Source: an uncultured Planctomycetota bacterium
GTDB taxonomy: Bacteria > Planctomycetota > Planctomycetia > Isosphaerales > Isosphaeraceae
Direction of reading: 5' to 3'
Assembly (NCBI GenBank): GCA_963845755.1
Contig: CAWJTV010000001.1
Location: forward strand, 128,001-192,000
DNA length: 64,000 nucleotides
Shown here: piece by piece, positions 28,202 through 39,484 of the stretch
Layout of the letters: every line of letters begins with the position of its first letter
Position numbering within the stretch: the first letter of the stretch is position 1
Position numbers and translations under genes: made by a program
The notes under the pieces: generated by a model
Databases searched by the model: none
Seen by the model: only the letters and a program-made list of their open reading frames with translations
Told to the model about the DNA's origin: nothing

Positions 28202-29510
28202 GTGAGCGACAACCGCCGAGCAGCTCGCAGGTGGGTCGCGGTCGTCCTGGGATTGGGAGGCATGGGGCTGACGGACGCCGCCGGCCTGGCGCAGGACCCC
28301 GCGGTCTCGCTGTTCGACCGGGTTCCGGAAGGCGGCCGGGCGCGTGCGGCCGGCCCTCGTCGCGATCCGGCCGCTGGATGGCGAACGGCCAATCCCGTTT
28401 GGCCCGGGCCAATTCGGCCCGGGCATCGTACTGCCGCCAAGGGCCGGACTGCTCGGAGACGACGACCGCCGACCGGGGTGTTCGGGGATCATCGTCAACG
28501 CCGACCAAGGCCGGATCCTCACGATCGACCATGCGCTCCGGGGAGCGTCCCAGGTCCTTGTCATCTTTTCTGACGGCCGGCAGCGCGCCACCAGCGAGAT
28601 CCGGCGCGACCCTCGGAGCGATCTGGCCCTCCTGGTCGTGGATCCCCAGGGCTTGGGCCTGACTCAGGTCTCCTGGGGCGATGCCAACACCCTCGAGCCG
28701 GCGGATTGGGTGCTTGCCTTGGGCCAGCCGGGCGGCTCCGCGCCGATGATGTCCGCGGGGATCGTCAGCGCGCGGCGACGGATCGGCGGTGAGTCGATGA
28801 TCGAGACCGACGCCGTGATGACTCCGGTCAACTCGGGAGGACCGCTCGTCAATCTGAATGGGGACGTGGTCGGGATCAACCAGGTGGGGGGGAGACGACG
28901 TGATGGCCTGGAAGGGATGGGGTACGCGATCTCCGGCGATCGTGCGCGGAGGATTGCCGCAGATCTCGCCCGGTTCGGTCGGGTGCGGCGGGCGTACATC
29001 GGAGTCCAGATCAAGCCGGTTGACCCGTCGACGACGACCGGCCGAGATTTGCCCGTCGGCGTGGTGATTGGCGGCGTCGAGGCGGGTGGTCCGGCGGCCG
29101 AGGCCGGCCTTCGCGCGGGAGACGTCCTCATCCAGGTCCGTGGCCGGCCGATCGATGGGATCGCCACCCTTCAGGACCTGATCGAGTTCGTGCCCATCGG
29201 TGAGGAGCTGACCCTGACCATCGAGAGGCTGGGCCGGCGGTCGGACGTGAAAGTCCGGCCGCGAGCGATGCCAGACCCGGCGGGACTGTTGGGATCGATC
29301 CGACGGCGCGGTCCGCTGCTGGAAACCCGGCGTGATCTCCCACGGGGACGGTTCCCGGTCCGCGAGCGGATGGTCCCGCGCCGAACGATCCCGGCCCGCC
29401 CCGTTGCACCGGAATCCGCCTCCCCGACGAACGCATCCGACCGCCCGGATGGTTCGACGACCCCACGGCCGGAATCGCCCGACGGGCAGACCGAGTCCCC
29501 GCTGCGATGA
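28202..29510 (+). CDS. HtrA/DegP-like trypsin protease with PDZ domain (frameshift ~28340)
   Basis: Signal-like start; CSGIIV, ILTIDH, RSDLALL, ETDA, NSGGPLVNLNGDVVGIN; PDZ GPAAEAGLRAGDV. Confidence 0.85.
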
Positions 29511-29616
29511 GCCGGCGTTCGCTCCGGCCCGGTCCTTGACGCCCGCGCCCGAGGACGAGCTTCGGAAGTCCTGTTTCTCTCGTTTGATGCTCTCGGAACA
29601 AGGATGGTTGAACCGC

Positions 29617-31083
29617 ATGAAACGCCGCATCCTCGTCGTCAACGACATGGAGTTGAATCGCAATCACCTTCGCAAAGTCCTCGAAATCGACGGCTTCGAA
29701 GTGGAGACGGTCTCCGACGGCCGCGCGGCCTGGGATGAGCTCCAGGTCAACAAGTATCATCTCGTGATCACCGACATGCGGATGCCCGAGCTGAACGGGC
29801 TGGACCTGCTAACCCGCGTGCGCGAGGGACGGCTCCCTGTCGGGATGATCGTGTTGACGGCGTTCGGCGAGCCGACCGAGGCGCTGTGGGCCATGAAAGC
29901 CGGGGCCGACGATTTCATCACCAAGCCCTACGATCCCGAACAGCTCCGGTTCCTCGTCAAGCGAATCCTGGATCGTCGCGAGCTGATCGACGAGCTGGAG
30001 CAGCTCCGCAAGCAACCGGGCGAGAGCTACCAATTCCACAAGATGGTGTCCAAGAGTCCGAAGCTTCGTAAGGTCTTCGAACTGATCGAGCAGGTTGGGC
30101 CGCTGGGCTCGACGGTCTTGATCCAGGGGGAGACGGGAACGGGCAAGGAGTTGGTGGCCCGCGCCATCCATGCCGCCGATTCGCGCCGAGCCGGCCCATT
30201 CGTCGCGCTGAACTGTGCCGTCTTGAACGATGCCTTGCTCGAAAGCGAATTGTTCGGACACGAGCGGGGAGCCTTCACGGGAGCCGAGCGGCGGAAGATC
30301 GGCCGGTTCGAGGTCGCCAACGGTGGAGCGCTCCTGCTCGACGAGGCCGGCGACATTCCACCCGCGCTCCAGGCGAAGCTGTTGCGCGTGCTCCAGACCG
30401 GCCGGTTCGAGCGCGTCGGTGGGACCGAGACGATCCAGGTCCAGGTCCGCATCATCGCGGCCAGCCACAAGATCCTGGAGGAGGAGGTCCGCAAGGGCCG
30501 GTTCCGGGCCGATCTCTTCTACCGGCTCAACGTGATCCGAATCGACCTGCCGCCGCTTCGAGAGCGGACCGAGGACATCCCGCTCCTGGCCATGCACTTC
30601 CTGCAACAACATCGATCGCCCAACGGAACGGCGGTGACCGAGATCGCCTCGGACGCGATGCAGGCCCTGTTGCGGCACAACTGGCCGGGGAACATCCGCG
30701 AGCTGGAAAACGCCATCAAGGCGGCGGTGGCCCTGGCCGACGGCTCGATGGTCCGCCGCGACGACCTGCCCGAGTCGGTCGCCCCGCGCCTGTCCGCCCC
30801 CGCCCGCGGCAGCTCTCTGATCGATGTCGATCGCGCGCTGCCCGACTTAACCTGCGAGCTCATTGGACAGGTCGAGCGCGAATACTTCGTACGGCTCCTC
30901 TCCCAGTACAAGGGGAACGTCGCGCGTTGCGCGCGGCATAGCGGCCTGTCCCGACGCAGCGTGACCCAGAAGCTTCAGAAGTACGGACTCGAACGCACCC
31001 GGTTCAAGAGCCCGCGCCCGGAAACCAGCCGGCCCACGGGGTCCAACGCGGCCGGCCTGGCGACCCTCGAGCCATCTTCCTGA
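29617..31083 (+). CDS. Sigma-54-dependent response regulator (NtrC/AtoC family)
   Basis: Receiver ITDMRMP...TKP; GETGTGKE; ESELFGHERGAFTGA; WPGNIREL; Fis-type HTH. Confidence 0.93.
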   Translation: MKRRILVVNDMELNRNHLRKVLEIDGFEVETVSDGRAAWDELQVNKYHLVITDMRMPELNGLDLLTRVREGRLPVGMIVLTAFGEPTEALWAMKAGADDFITKPYDPEQLRFLVKRILDRRELIDELEQLRKQPGESYQFHKMVSKSPKLRKVFELIEQVGPLGSTVLIQGETGTGKELVARAIHAADSRRAGPFVALNCAVLNDALLESELFGHERGAFTGAERRKIGRFEVANGGALLLDEAGDIPPALQAKLLRVLQTGRFERVGGTETIQVQVRIIAASHKILEEEVRKGRFRADLFYRLNVIRIDLPPLRERTEDIPLLAMHFLQQHRSPNGTAVTEIASDAMQALLRHNWPGNIRELENAIKAAVALADGSMVRRDDLPESVAPRLSAPARGSSLIDVDRALPDLTCELIGQVEREYFVRLLSQYKGNVARCARHSGLSRRSVTQKLQKYGLERTRFKSPRPETSRPTGSNAAGLATLEPSS

Positions 31084-31200
31084 AGAGCATCTCTGAAGCG
31101 CTGAAGGCGCGGTTTTCCCGGGCTGGGCGCGGCATCGTCCGAGCCGCGGTCGCCCTTGCCTCGATCCCGGCACCAGCCTAGGATGAACGAGGAGGTGAAA

Positions 31201-31719
31201 ATGGCTGACCCTGGATGCGAGAAGACGAGCAAGGCCGAAGCGGACGAGATGAAGGTACCGTCCGAGGAGTTCCGGGCCGTGCACGGCAAGCCGGACGAGG
31301 CCGGCGCGGCTGCGCCGATGATGTCTTGCCCTGATGGTGAGTCGCCCATGAACGATCCGGCCGTGAGCGGGAGTTCCGAGGGCCAGACGGACGGCCCCCG
31401 GCTGATCTATCGCGACGGCGTGGCCTACGTGGAAGGGTGCGACGTCCCGGTCTGGCGGCTGGAAATGGGCCGACGCGCCGGATCCAGTCCCACCGCGACG
31501 ATCGGGGCATTCCCCAGTTTGACCCCTCAGGGGCTCGAACTGGCGTTCGCCTACGCCCGAGAGCATCGTGCGGAGTTCGACCCGCTGATTCAGTATCATA
31601 GCGGCGCCGATGTCCCTCTCGAGGAACAGGAGGATGATGAGGACGAGGCGACCTTTGAGGCGGAACTCGACGCTCTGCTCGAGAGGGACGCCGAGCTACT
31701 GCGCCGTCTCGCACGATGA
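31201..31719 (+). CDS. DUF433-like protein, putative antitoxin of Doc
   Basis: RBS GGAGGTG; GVAYVEGCDVPVWRL...FPSLTPQGLELAFAYAREH; acidic tail ending DAELLRRLAR; ATGA overlap with doc. Confidence 0.7.
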   Translation: MADPGCEKTSKAEADEMKVPSEEFRAVHGKPDEAGAAAPMMSCPDGESPMNDPAVSGSSEGQTDGPRLIYRDGVAYVEGCDVPVWRLEMGRRAGSSPTATIGAFPSLTPQGLELAFAYAREHRAEFDPLIQYHSGADVPLEEQEDDEDEATFEAELDALLERDAELLRRLAR

Positions 31720-32099
31720 AGTACCTCAAGGTCAAGCATGTGCTCCGGATCCATGGCCGTGTGATCGAGCAGTCCGGTGGTGATACGGGCGTGCGGGATT
31801 TGGGCCTACTCGATTCTGCGGTCGCCCAGCCGCGCGCCGGCTTTGGTGGCACAGATCTGTACCCGGAGCTGGCCGACAAGGCGGCGGCGCTGGCATTCTC
31901 CCTGGTAATGAACCATCCCTTCGCGGACGGCAACAAGCGCACGGGCTACGTGTCCATGATGATGTTCCTCAGCCGCAATGGCCATACGATCAAGGCCACG
32001 ATCGACGATCGGGAGTCGGTTTTCCTGCGCCTGGCGGCCAGCGAGTTGGATCGGGAGGAGTTCGTCGCCTGGGTTCGCGACAGGATCGTCCGAAAGTAA
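31716..32099 (+). CDS. doc: Death-on-curing (Doc/Fic family) toxin
   Basis: GVRDLGLLDSA, KAAAL, HPFADGNKRTG. Confidence 0.92.
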   Translation: MKYLKVKHVLRIHGRVIEQSGGDTGVRDLGLLDSAVAQPRAGFGGTDLYPELADKAAALAFSLVMNHPFADGNKRTGYVSMMMFLSRNGHTIKATIDDRESVFLRLAASELDREEFVAWVRDRIVRK

Positions 32100-32338
32100 G
32101 CGAGGACTTCGCGGGACGTGTCTCGGGCCCGCACGCCTTGTCACACGATCAAGGCGCTCCAGCCACCGGGCCGCTCCCGGTCGTGCCTGGACAAGATCAG
32201 CGTTCCGAACCAGGAGGCGTGCGGCTTCATTCGCGGCGGCGAGTGCCGCAGCAATACACCGTCGAGATTCCCTGCCGATCAGGGCGAGCGGAACCGATTG
32301 ACCGGGGAGGAGAGCCATGGCGGCGGCGTGCTGTACCG

Positions 32339-32740
32339 TCACGTTGAAGGACCGGCGGGATTCCCGGACCGGATCGCCTGGCGTTCACGGATCAGCGCGG
32401 CCGCCTCGTGACATTCTCGCAATCTCATCCGATAGGCCACGACGGTCGGATTCAACTGGATGAGCCGATCGACCTGGCCGGCATCGTGGACCCTGACGAT
32501 CTGCGGATGGCGGAGTGTCGGGGCATTCCGGGCCTCGCGGAGGAACCCCTCGATGTCCTCGCGCCCGGCGATCGCCCCGGGCCGGGGACGCTTCAAGGCC
32601 ACGGCTCGATTGAGGATTGTGTCCCACGTTCGGTAGACGACGCCGAACGCGCCATCGCCGATCATCGCATGCAGCTCGTAGCGGCCGATGCGGGCGATCG
32701 GATCCGTGCCAGGCGCGCCCGAGCGCCCTTCTCGACTCAC
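32339..32740 (-). pseudogene. Ser/Thr kinase remnant (N-lobe only, internally deleted)
   Basis: IGRYEL...GDGAFGVVY...VALKRPR...FLREA...LRHPQIVRVHDAG, then an unrelated tail; no HRD or DFG motif. Confidence 0.75.
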
Positions 32741-32911
32741 GCCGCACAGCTCGATCCCATCCCAGCCGCCGAGAAGCTGCTTGGTTCGGCCATGCCTCAG
32801 TGATACGCTGGAAAGCCGAGCGAGACATGGACGTGCTCTCCCACGGCGGATCCAGAACCGCCGGGATCGCTCGACAGTTCAGAGGGATACTCGATCCCTG
32901 ACGAAAGGGGA

Positions 32912-33552
32912 ATGATGTCAGGCAGTCCATCGGTTCGGATGCGGATCTTTCTCGTCGGCGCGGGGGAACTCTGGGCCGAGCCGTGGCGGCCGAGCTCGGC
33001 ACGCGGCATCACATCCTCGCCGCGGGCCGCAAGTCCGGAGATGTCCGGCTGGATCTCTCGGACGCGGCGAGCATCCGCGACGCGCTCGTCAAGGTGGGCC
33101 GGCTCGACGCCGTCGTCTGCACGGCCGGCGAGGTCGCCTTCGCCCCGCTGTCGGCGATCCATCCGGCCGGGATCGGCGAGTCGGCCTACACGCTCGGCCT
33201 GACGAACAAGCTCCTGGGCCAGGTCAATCTGGCCCTGGCCGCGCGCGAGCACCTGGCAGACGGCGGCTCGATCACCTTGACCTCGGGTATCCTCGCCGAT
33301 CAGCCGATCGCCGCGGGCTCGTCGGCGAGCATGGTCAACTGCGCCCTCGAGGGGTTCGTCCGCGCCGCGGCGATCGAGCTGACCCGCGGCCTTCGGATCA
33401 ACCTCGTCAGCCCGAGCATCCTGGTCGAGTCGCTGCCGAAGTTCGGGGCGTTCTTCCGCGGCTTCGAGGCCGTTCCTGCCGCCCGCGCCGCGCTGGCCTA
33501 CAGCCGGAGTGTCGAAGGGCTCCAGACCGGTCAGGTCTATCGGGTTTATTGA
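32912..33552 (+). CDS. Short-chain dehydrogenase (frameshift ~32965)
   Basis: MRIFLVGAG(G)TLG, DAVVCTAG, KLLGQVNL, GGSITLTSG, RINLVSP, YSRSVEGLQTGQV. Confidence 0.88.
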
Positions 33553-33614
33553 ACGGCGATGCGGGTTGCAAAGGTTCTAGCCCGACCTCCCTTCGCCATG
33601 AGCGGACAGGACCC

Positions 33615-35105
33615 TCAAGGCATGGGAAGGTCATGGAATTCGAAGGGGATTTTCGCCCCGGCGCGGACGATGCTCGAGATCCGGATTTCCTTGGCCTCGC
33701 CCAGTTGAGGCATCTGGGGGAACCGGAAGGTCACGTGTCCGGAATCCTGATCGATCGAGGTCTGGTAAAAGCTGCTCTGGCCTGTCGATGTGAGAATCTG
33801 GATGGGCCACTGCGATGGATCGGTTCCGAATCGTGGTCCCATGCCTCGGCCCATCATCTGGGGGCGCCCGCCGAATCCCAGGCCGTTGATTGGTTCCCCG
33901 GGGAAAAGCTCGTCCAGGTCGTCGATCGTCAGCTCGATGACCACCTGCCTCCTCATGGGATCGGTGTCGATTGAATGGACGACGACGCGCCGCTCGTCGT
34001 TCTGGAAGGTCTTGCCCGCGGCGCCTTCCAGGGGGATGACGAGCGGATTCGGTCGCAGCGCCGAGACTGAGACTTCGACCGTACCGCGCAGCGTCTTGAT
34101 GAGCTTCCCGGGTGCCTCGGGCCGGTGCAGCGGGATGTTGAGGTTTGCTGTGGTCCCCCCCATCCCGGCCATGATGGCGGCTCCCATCATTCGTGGTGAA
34201 CCAAAGGGGCGTTCCTCGTCGCTCGCGGCGGTCATAAGCGAGTGCCCCAGTTCGTCGAACGGCTTCGAGAAGCTTGAGGTTACCGGCCTCGCTCAACGTC
34301 ATGCGCGGCTCGGGGACGATCCCCAGTTGGGCGTGGAACTGGACGATTCGGGCGGGGGCGGCCGCGACCTTCTGCGCCTCAGCCGGCCCCTCGGCACCCG
34401 CGGGCAATGGGTCTACGCGTGGGAGAGCCCCTTTTTTCCTGGCCACGGGAGCGATCCCTCGGGTGCCGGGGCGAAGCTGGCCAACCATCGAAGGCCCGAC
34501 TGGAAAAGGATATTGCTCTGATAGGAAAGTGATATCACATGGAAACGGAAAGAGCCGTGGTTATCGCTCGGCTGGGTCACGGCAGCCGGATAGTATGACA
34601 AGACCAAACTCGGTTGTGGTGCGCCCGGACCCCGCGGGCCCATGAATTGAGAGTGAGCGGTGAGCTGACCGGCCTCGCAAAGCCGGTCGATCGCCTTCCA
34701 GAAGGGGACCGGTTGCGACTCGCGGAGCGTGATGCGCCGGGCCCCGGAGTCGGGCGCTGTTTGGCCGACCTTGACTTCGAACCCCGCCTGTTTGCTGAGC
34801 GATTGGACGATCTCGTCAAGAGTGGCGTCCTGGAAGTCGAGGCGGACCGGGGTTTCCTGAATCAGGAGGTTGCCCTCGATCTTGTTGATCAGGGCCCTGG
34901 CCCGCGTACGGACCTCGGCATCCTTGGATTTGAGCGCGGACCGCAGCGCGGGTAGGGCCTTGGCGCCGAGGTTCTCGAGCGACTTCGTGGCTTCGCGCTC
35001 GGCGTAGCTCGCCGAGCCAAGCTTCTCCATCAGCGCGGCCGCGTCGCGCGAAGGGTCGGCCTGTTGCCCCAGCAGAGCGAGGACGATCAGGTTCGCGCCA
35101 ATCAT
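33615..35105 (-). CDS. Exported planctomycete protein with HEAT-like and STN-like domains (frameshifts ~34500, ~34260)
   Basis: MIGANLIVLALLGQQ; KLGSASYAERE...DAEVRTRARAL; PFWKAIDRLC; PEPRM; IPFEFHDLPMP. Confidence 0.75.
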
Positions 35106-35453
35106 CGGAGATTCTCCTTCGTCGATTCGGATCCGGACCGCCACGTCGTATCCCCTTTGTACATCGCGTTCGATCTCCGTACGAGAGGGCACCACTCGAC
35201 GCCGGCTCGAACGTGCGCCGGATTCCGGCAACGGTCGACACTGACCGCCTCATGAAGAACACAGACCGGACAAGGGTGTTATGTCCAACCAAGGCGGAGT
35301 CGTGCCATCGATCGTGGCAGCCCCGAGTGACCCGGGTTGGTAGCCGTTGGGCGGGGGCTCTCGGCACCCGAAGACTCGCCGCCGTCTGCTGGAGTGCAGT
35401 CTCCGCCCACGCCGGGGTCTGGGCGTGAGACGTCCGGTCGGCCCGTTGCCATT

Positions 35454-35807
35454 TCAAAGGAACCCAGTCAGCCACTCGATGAGGCGCTCGCGGATGACCA
35501 CCTCGGAGATGACTTCGTCCTCATCGCCGATCGACGGCACGTCGGCATCGTCCGATTTGGAGCTGGTATCGGACGAGTGGTCTACCAGGCCGATTTCCGT
35601 CAGGTGGCGCAGCAGCGTCTGCTTGGTGAGCGGCTTCTCCCGAACGACCGGCTCACCGACGTTATCGGTGGTCGCCGCCGTCGTCTCCATGGCTTGACGG
35701 AGCCGGAGCAGGGCATCACGGATGACATCCACTTCGCTGTCGTACTGGCCCGTGCGTACCGCATCTTCGATCAAGCGTGCGAGGTCTTGCGGAATGTGAA
35801 TCGTCAT
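35454..35807 (-). CDS. ParD-like ribbon-helix-helix antitoxin
   Basis: MTIHIPQDLARLIEDAVRTGQYDSEVDVIRDALLRL...ISEVVIRER; RBS GGGAGG. Confidence 0.75.
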   Translation of the reverse strand: MTIHIPQDLARLIEDAVRTGQYDSEVDVIRDALLRLRQAMETTAATTDNVGEPVVREKPLTKQTLLRHLTEIGLVDHSSDTSSKSDDADVPSIGDEDEVISEVVIRERLIEWLTGFL

Positions 35808-35926
35808 CACGGGACCTCCCTTGAGCGTTCCGGAGTCACGACCGTCGGGCCGCGTCGAGGAGCGTCAGGTGTCAGGGAACAGGGTGCTCTGTGCGATCGC
35901 CGGCGTCCTGATGGGCCGTGATCACC

Positions 35927-38900
35927 TCAGGGATGCCTCTCGTCAGCTCGTCCTGTCGGCTTCCGAATGCCCTCGGCGGAGCTGATGATCAGCAAGCCAT
36001 CCTTGACAGTATAAGCCAGACCAAGCTGCTTGAGCATCAGCCTCAAGGTCGTCTTGAGCGGCACACCGTCCAGGTCGATGCTCACAGTCGAGGTCATCGA
36101 CCGCCCGGCTTCCTTGAGGCCGAGCGGGTCCACATGGATGGGGATGCCGTCGGATTCGGGGGTGGCGATCTGATACTTGATGTATGTGAGCACATCGTCC
36201 AGCGGCGTCGCACCGGCGAAAGACATGGAGATGGGCTGTTCGAGCTTGGCCAGCACCCTCTTGGTCCCTGGCGATGAGTCAGCGGCCGCGCTCGCCGTCT
36301 CGTTCCGTTCCCGGTCGATGCCCTTGGGCGAGCTGATGATCAACACGTCATCCTTGACGAGGTAGGCCAGGCCCAGTTGACCGAGGATCTGCGGGAGTGT
36401 GATCTTCAAGGGGGCGCCTATCACGTTCATTTGGACCGTCGATGTCAGGGTCTGCCCGGCTTCCTGGAGTCCGAGCGGGGCGACGTAGATCGGGAGGCCC
36501 GGGTCGGTCGGCTTTTTCCCCTTGAAGGTAGCCTGCTTGATGTAGATCAGGACGTTGTCCAACGGCGTCTCGTTGGCAAAGCCCATCGGGACGGTTTCTT
36601 CGAGCGTGGCCAGGATGGCTCGGGTCCGGGGCGAGATCACCCCGTCCGGCCGGGGCCCCTTCGAGGTGACCGCGGGCGGCTTGGGTTGCGGGGCCTGTTT
36701 CAGTGGCTTCTCGATGGGTGGCATCGCCCAGATCCGGACGGTCCTGTCGAACGACGTAGACACGGCGCGTTGGCCGTCGGGCGAGAACGCAACGCGCCAT
36801 ACCAAGCTCATATGGCTATACCATCGGTCAATCTTCTCGCCCCTCTCCAGGTCCCAGAGCCACACGGCGGTGTCCTCACCAAACAGCGCACGTCGGCCAT
36901 CGGGAGAGACCGCGACACACGAAACGTTGAGAGAGATCCGGCGTAGTGGCTCTTCGATCACCCGTGACACTGCGGCCAGGTCGGGGGCACTCGCAACGGT
37001 CAGGGAGATCCGGCGCAGTTGCTGGCCGGTCTCCAGATCCCAGACGATCGGCCCGTCCCCACTGGTCGCCAGGACACGGCGGTCGTCCGGGAATAGGGCC
37101 AGATCGGTCACGCCCTTGCCGTGAGTCATCCGCCGGATCTCTTTTCCCGTCTTCACGTCCCAGACGCGGATCGTCTTATCGCCGCTGCCAGACACGATGC
37201 GACGGCCGTCCGCGCAGAAGGCGATTTTCGCGATCCCTGACTCGTGTCCGCGAAAGGTCATCAGCTCCTCGCCCGTCAACAGGTCGCAGAGGTGGATCGA
37301 CATCCCGCAGACGTAGGCCGCATGCGGCGCATCGGGAGCGAAAACGACCGAGCCGAGGCTGCTCTCCTCGCGTCGAATCAGCCGGGAATCGCCGGTCTCC
37401 AGATCCCAGAGACGCAGGGTTTTATCCTCACTCGCCGTGAGCGCCTGACGTCCGGTACGCGAAAGTGCCAGGGAGATCGCTCCCGGGTCATGACCCGTGT
37501 ACTTGCGAGGAATCTTATTCATGCTGGTGAAGTCGGCGAGCCAGAGGGCGGGGTCGGTGCCCGGGAGCCATTGTCGGTTCTGGAAGTCGCCGCCGGTCGA
37601 ATAAAGGACGTGGCGGCCGTCGGGCAGCAGGAATGCGTTGTTGAGGAGGTCATGCGGGCTCATGAAAAACCCCCGCCTGATCACGCCGTCGTCCGTCACC
37701 TCGGGGTCGGCCACGCCGTACGGCCCCTGTGGCGTGGCGGGTACCGTCGCCTGGCGCCGTACGGTGACAACTGTCTTGTCCCCTCGCTTCAGCGCGAAGC
37801 GGTCGGTCGAGAGCTTGAGGCCACCACCCCCGCCGGCCAGTTGTAATTCGTAAAGGCCGGCCTTCAGCTCGATGCGATTGCTGGTCTTCGGGTCAACGAT
37901 TGTCACCTGTTGACCGCCCTGATTGACGATCACTTCGATGTTGGGATCCCTCGGACTCGATGACCAGTTCGCCGGTGGGCGTCCGGATGCTCAAGACCTG
38001 ATAGAAGATCAAGGCCAGAGACACCACGACGATGGGCAGCAAGGCCAGGGCCGCCGCGATCCACACCCACGGCCGCCGCGGGCGTGGCGCCGAGCGGGTT
38101 GCCTGTTCCGATGGCTTCTGCTCTCCCACCATGGAGGCGGACGATTGCCACGTCGCCGGCAAGGCGCGCGCTTCGGCCGGTGCCCGTGCGTCGAGCCCCG
38201 TCGCAGCGGCCCGTGTGTCGGCGAATGGGGCCAACGCCTGTACCGCTTCGTCCGGCGTCTGAAACCGCCGCGCCGGATCCTTGGCCATCATCCGCTCGAC
38301 GACCTGGGCCAGCGCCGGGGGCACATCGGCGCGGAGTTCCGGGAGCGGCCGCGGTGTCCTCTTGCTGTGAGCCATCAGCTTTTGGATCAGGCTGCGGTCA
38401 GGGAACGGAGGGAAGCCGGCCAGGAGGAAGTAGAGCGTGCAACCGAGGCTGTAGACATCGGCGCGGATGTCAGCGGCGTGCGGATCGTCGATCTGCTCGG
38501 GAGCAATATAGTCGGCCGAACCCAGGATCATCCCATCGGCGGTCATACCGGCGTGCGAGCCGACCTCGCTGGCGAACCGGGCCAGGCCGAAGTCGAGGAT
38601 CTTGACCTGACCGCGCGTCGTCCGCATCAGGTTCTGCGGCTTGATGTCGCGGTGGACCATCCCATCTTCGAAGGCGTGCTGGAGCCCCAGGGCCGCCTGG
38701 CGGACGTACTCGCACGCTTCACCGATTGGCAGCGGTCCGCGGCGATCTACCAGCCGGGCTAGGTCGGTCCCTTCGACGAATTCCATGACCAGCATGTGCG
38801 TCTCTCCAGCCTGCTCGGCGTCGTAGGCGGCCACGATGTTCGGATGGGAAGCCAGCCGCGCGGCCGACTTGACCTCGCGACGGAATCGCTCGACCAGGGC

Positions 38901-39357
38901 TTCGCTGCCCAGCAAGTCAGTGCGGATCACCTTGAGGGCAACCGGCCGGTCCATCAGCCGATGCTCGGCGCGGTAGACGGTCCCCATGCCGCCGGTGCCG
39001 ATGGCCGCGAGGACACGGTAGCGCGGATGGTCATTCAGCTCCCTGGGGAGGCCGACGACGGTCGGCTCATTGTGAGGAGTAGCCCCGGCACCGAGACCGA
39101 CGACGAACGACGACGGGACCTGGAAGCCCGTCGGCGGCTCGACGGCGGACTCATCCTCCGTCACCGGCACCGTCGCCCGCGCCGCGACCGCGGAGTTTTT
39201 CGACCAATGCGTCCTCCGGTTGGTCCCGGATCCACTGGCAACACGAGTCGCAGGACGACAGGTGTTGCTCGATCTCGTCCATCTCCGGTGCATCCAGTCG
39301 GCCCTGCGCATAGGCCGCCAAGCGGTTGGTCGTGGGGTGGACCTCGATATCCGTCAT
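35927..39357 (-). CDS. Membrane Ser/Thr kinase: zinc-finger anti-sigma-like N-terminus, kinase, TM, WD40 repeats, two STN-like domains (frameshifts ~39185, ~37950)
   Basis: EQHLSSCDSC; GTGGMGTVY, VALK, HRDIKPQN, DFGLA, YIAPEQ; TM WVWIAAALALLPIVVV; WD repeats; 2x SFANETPL-type domain. Confidence 0.9.
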
Positions 39358-39377
39358 CGCAAGGACTCCGGGCCTTT

Positions 39378-39438
39378 GTCGGGTGGGTGAAACCCACCGA
39401 GATCGGGCGATTTCTTTGGTGGGTTTCGCCCACCCTAC
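39378..39438. repeat. REP doublet between ECF and kinase genes
   Basis: GTCGGGTGGGTGAAACCCACC...GGTGGGTTTCGCCCACCCTAC. Confidence 0.75.
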
Positions 39439-39484
39439 TTGGAGAATGCCGGCCCGACGAAATCCTTTCAAAGTACGTGAGGAT

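Noticed and set aside
29617..31083. Atypical residues in the NtrC-type regulator (VVND, ALLLDEAG)
   Set aside because: Phosphoacceptor Asp, Walker A, DE and GAFTGA are intact; ordinary variation.
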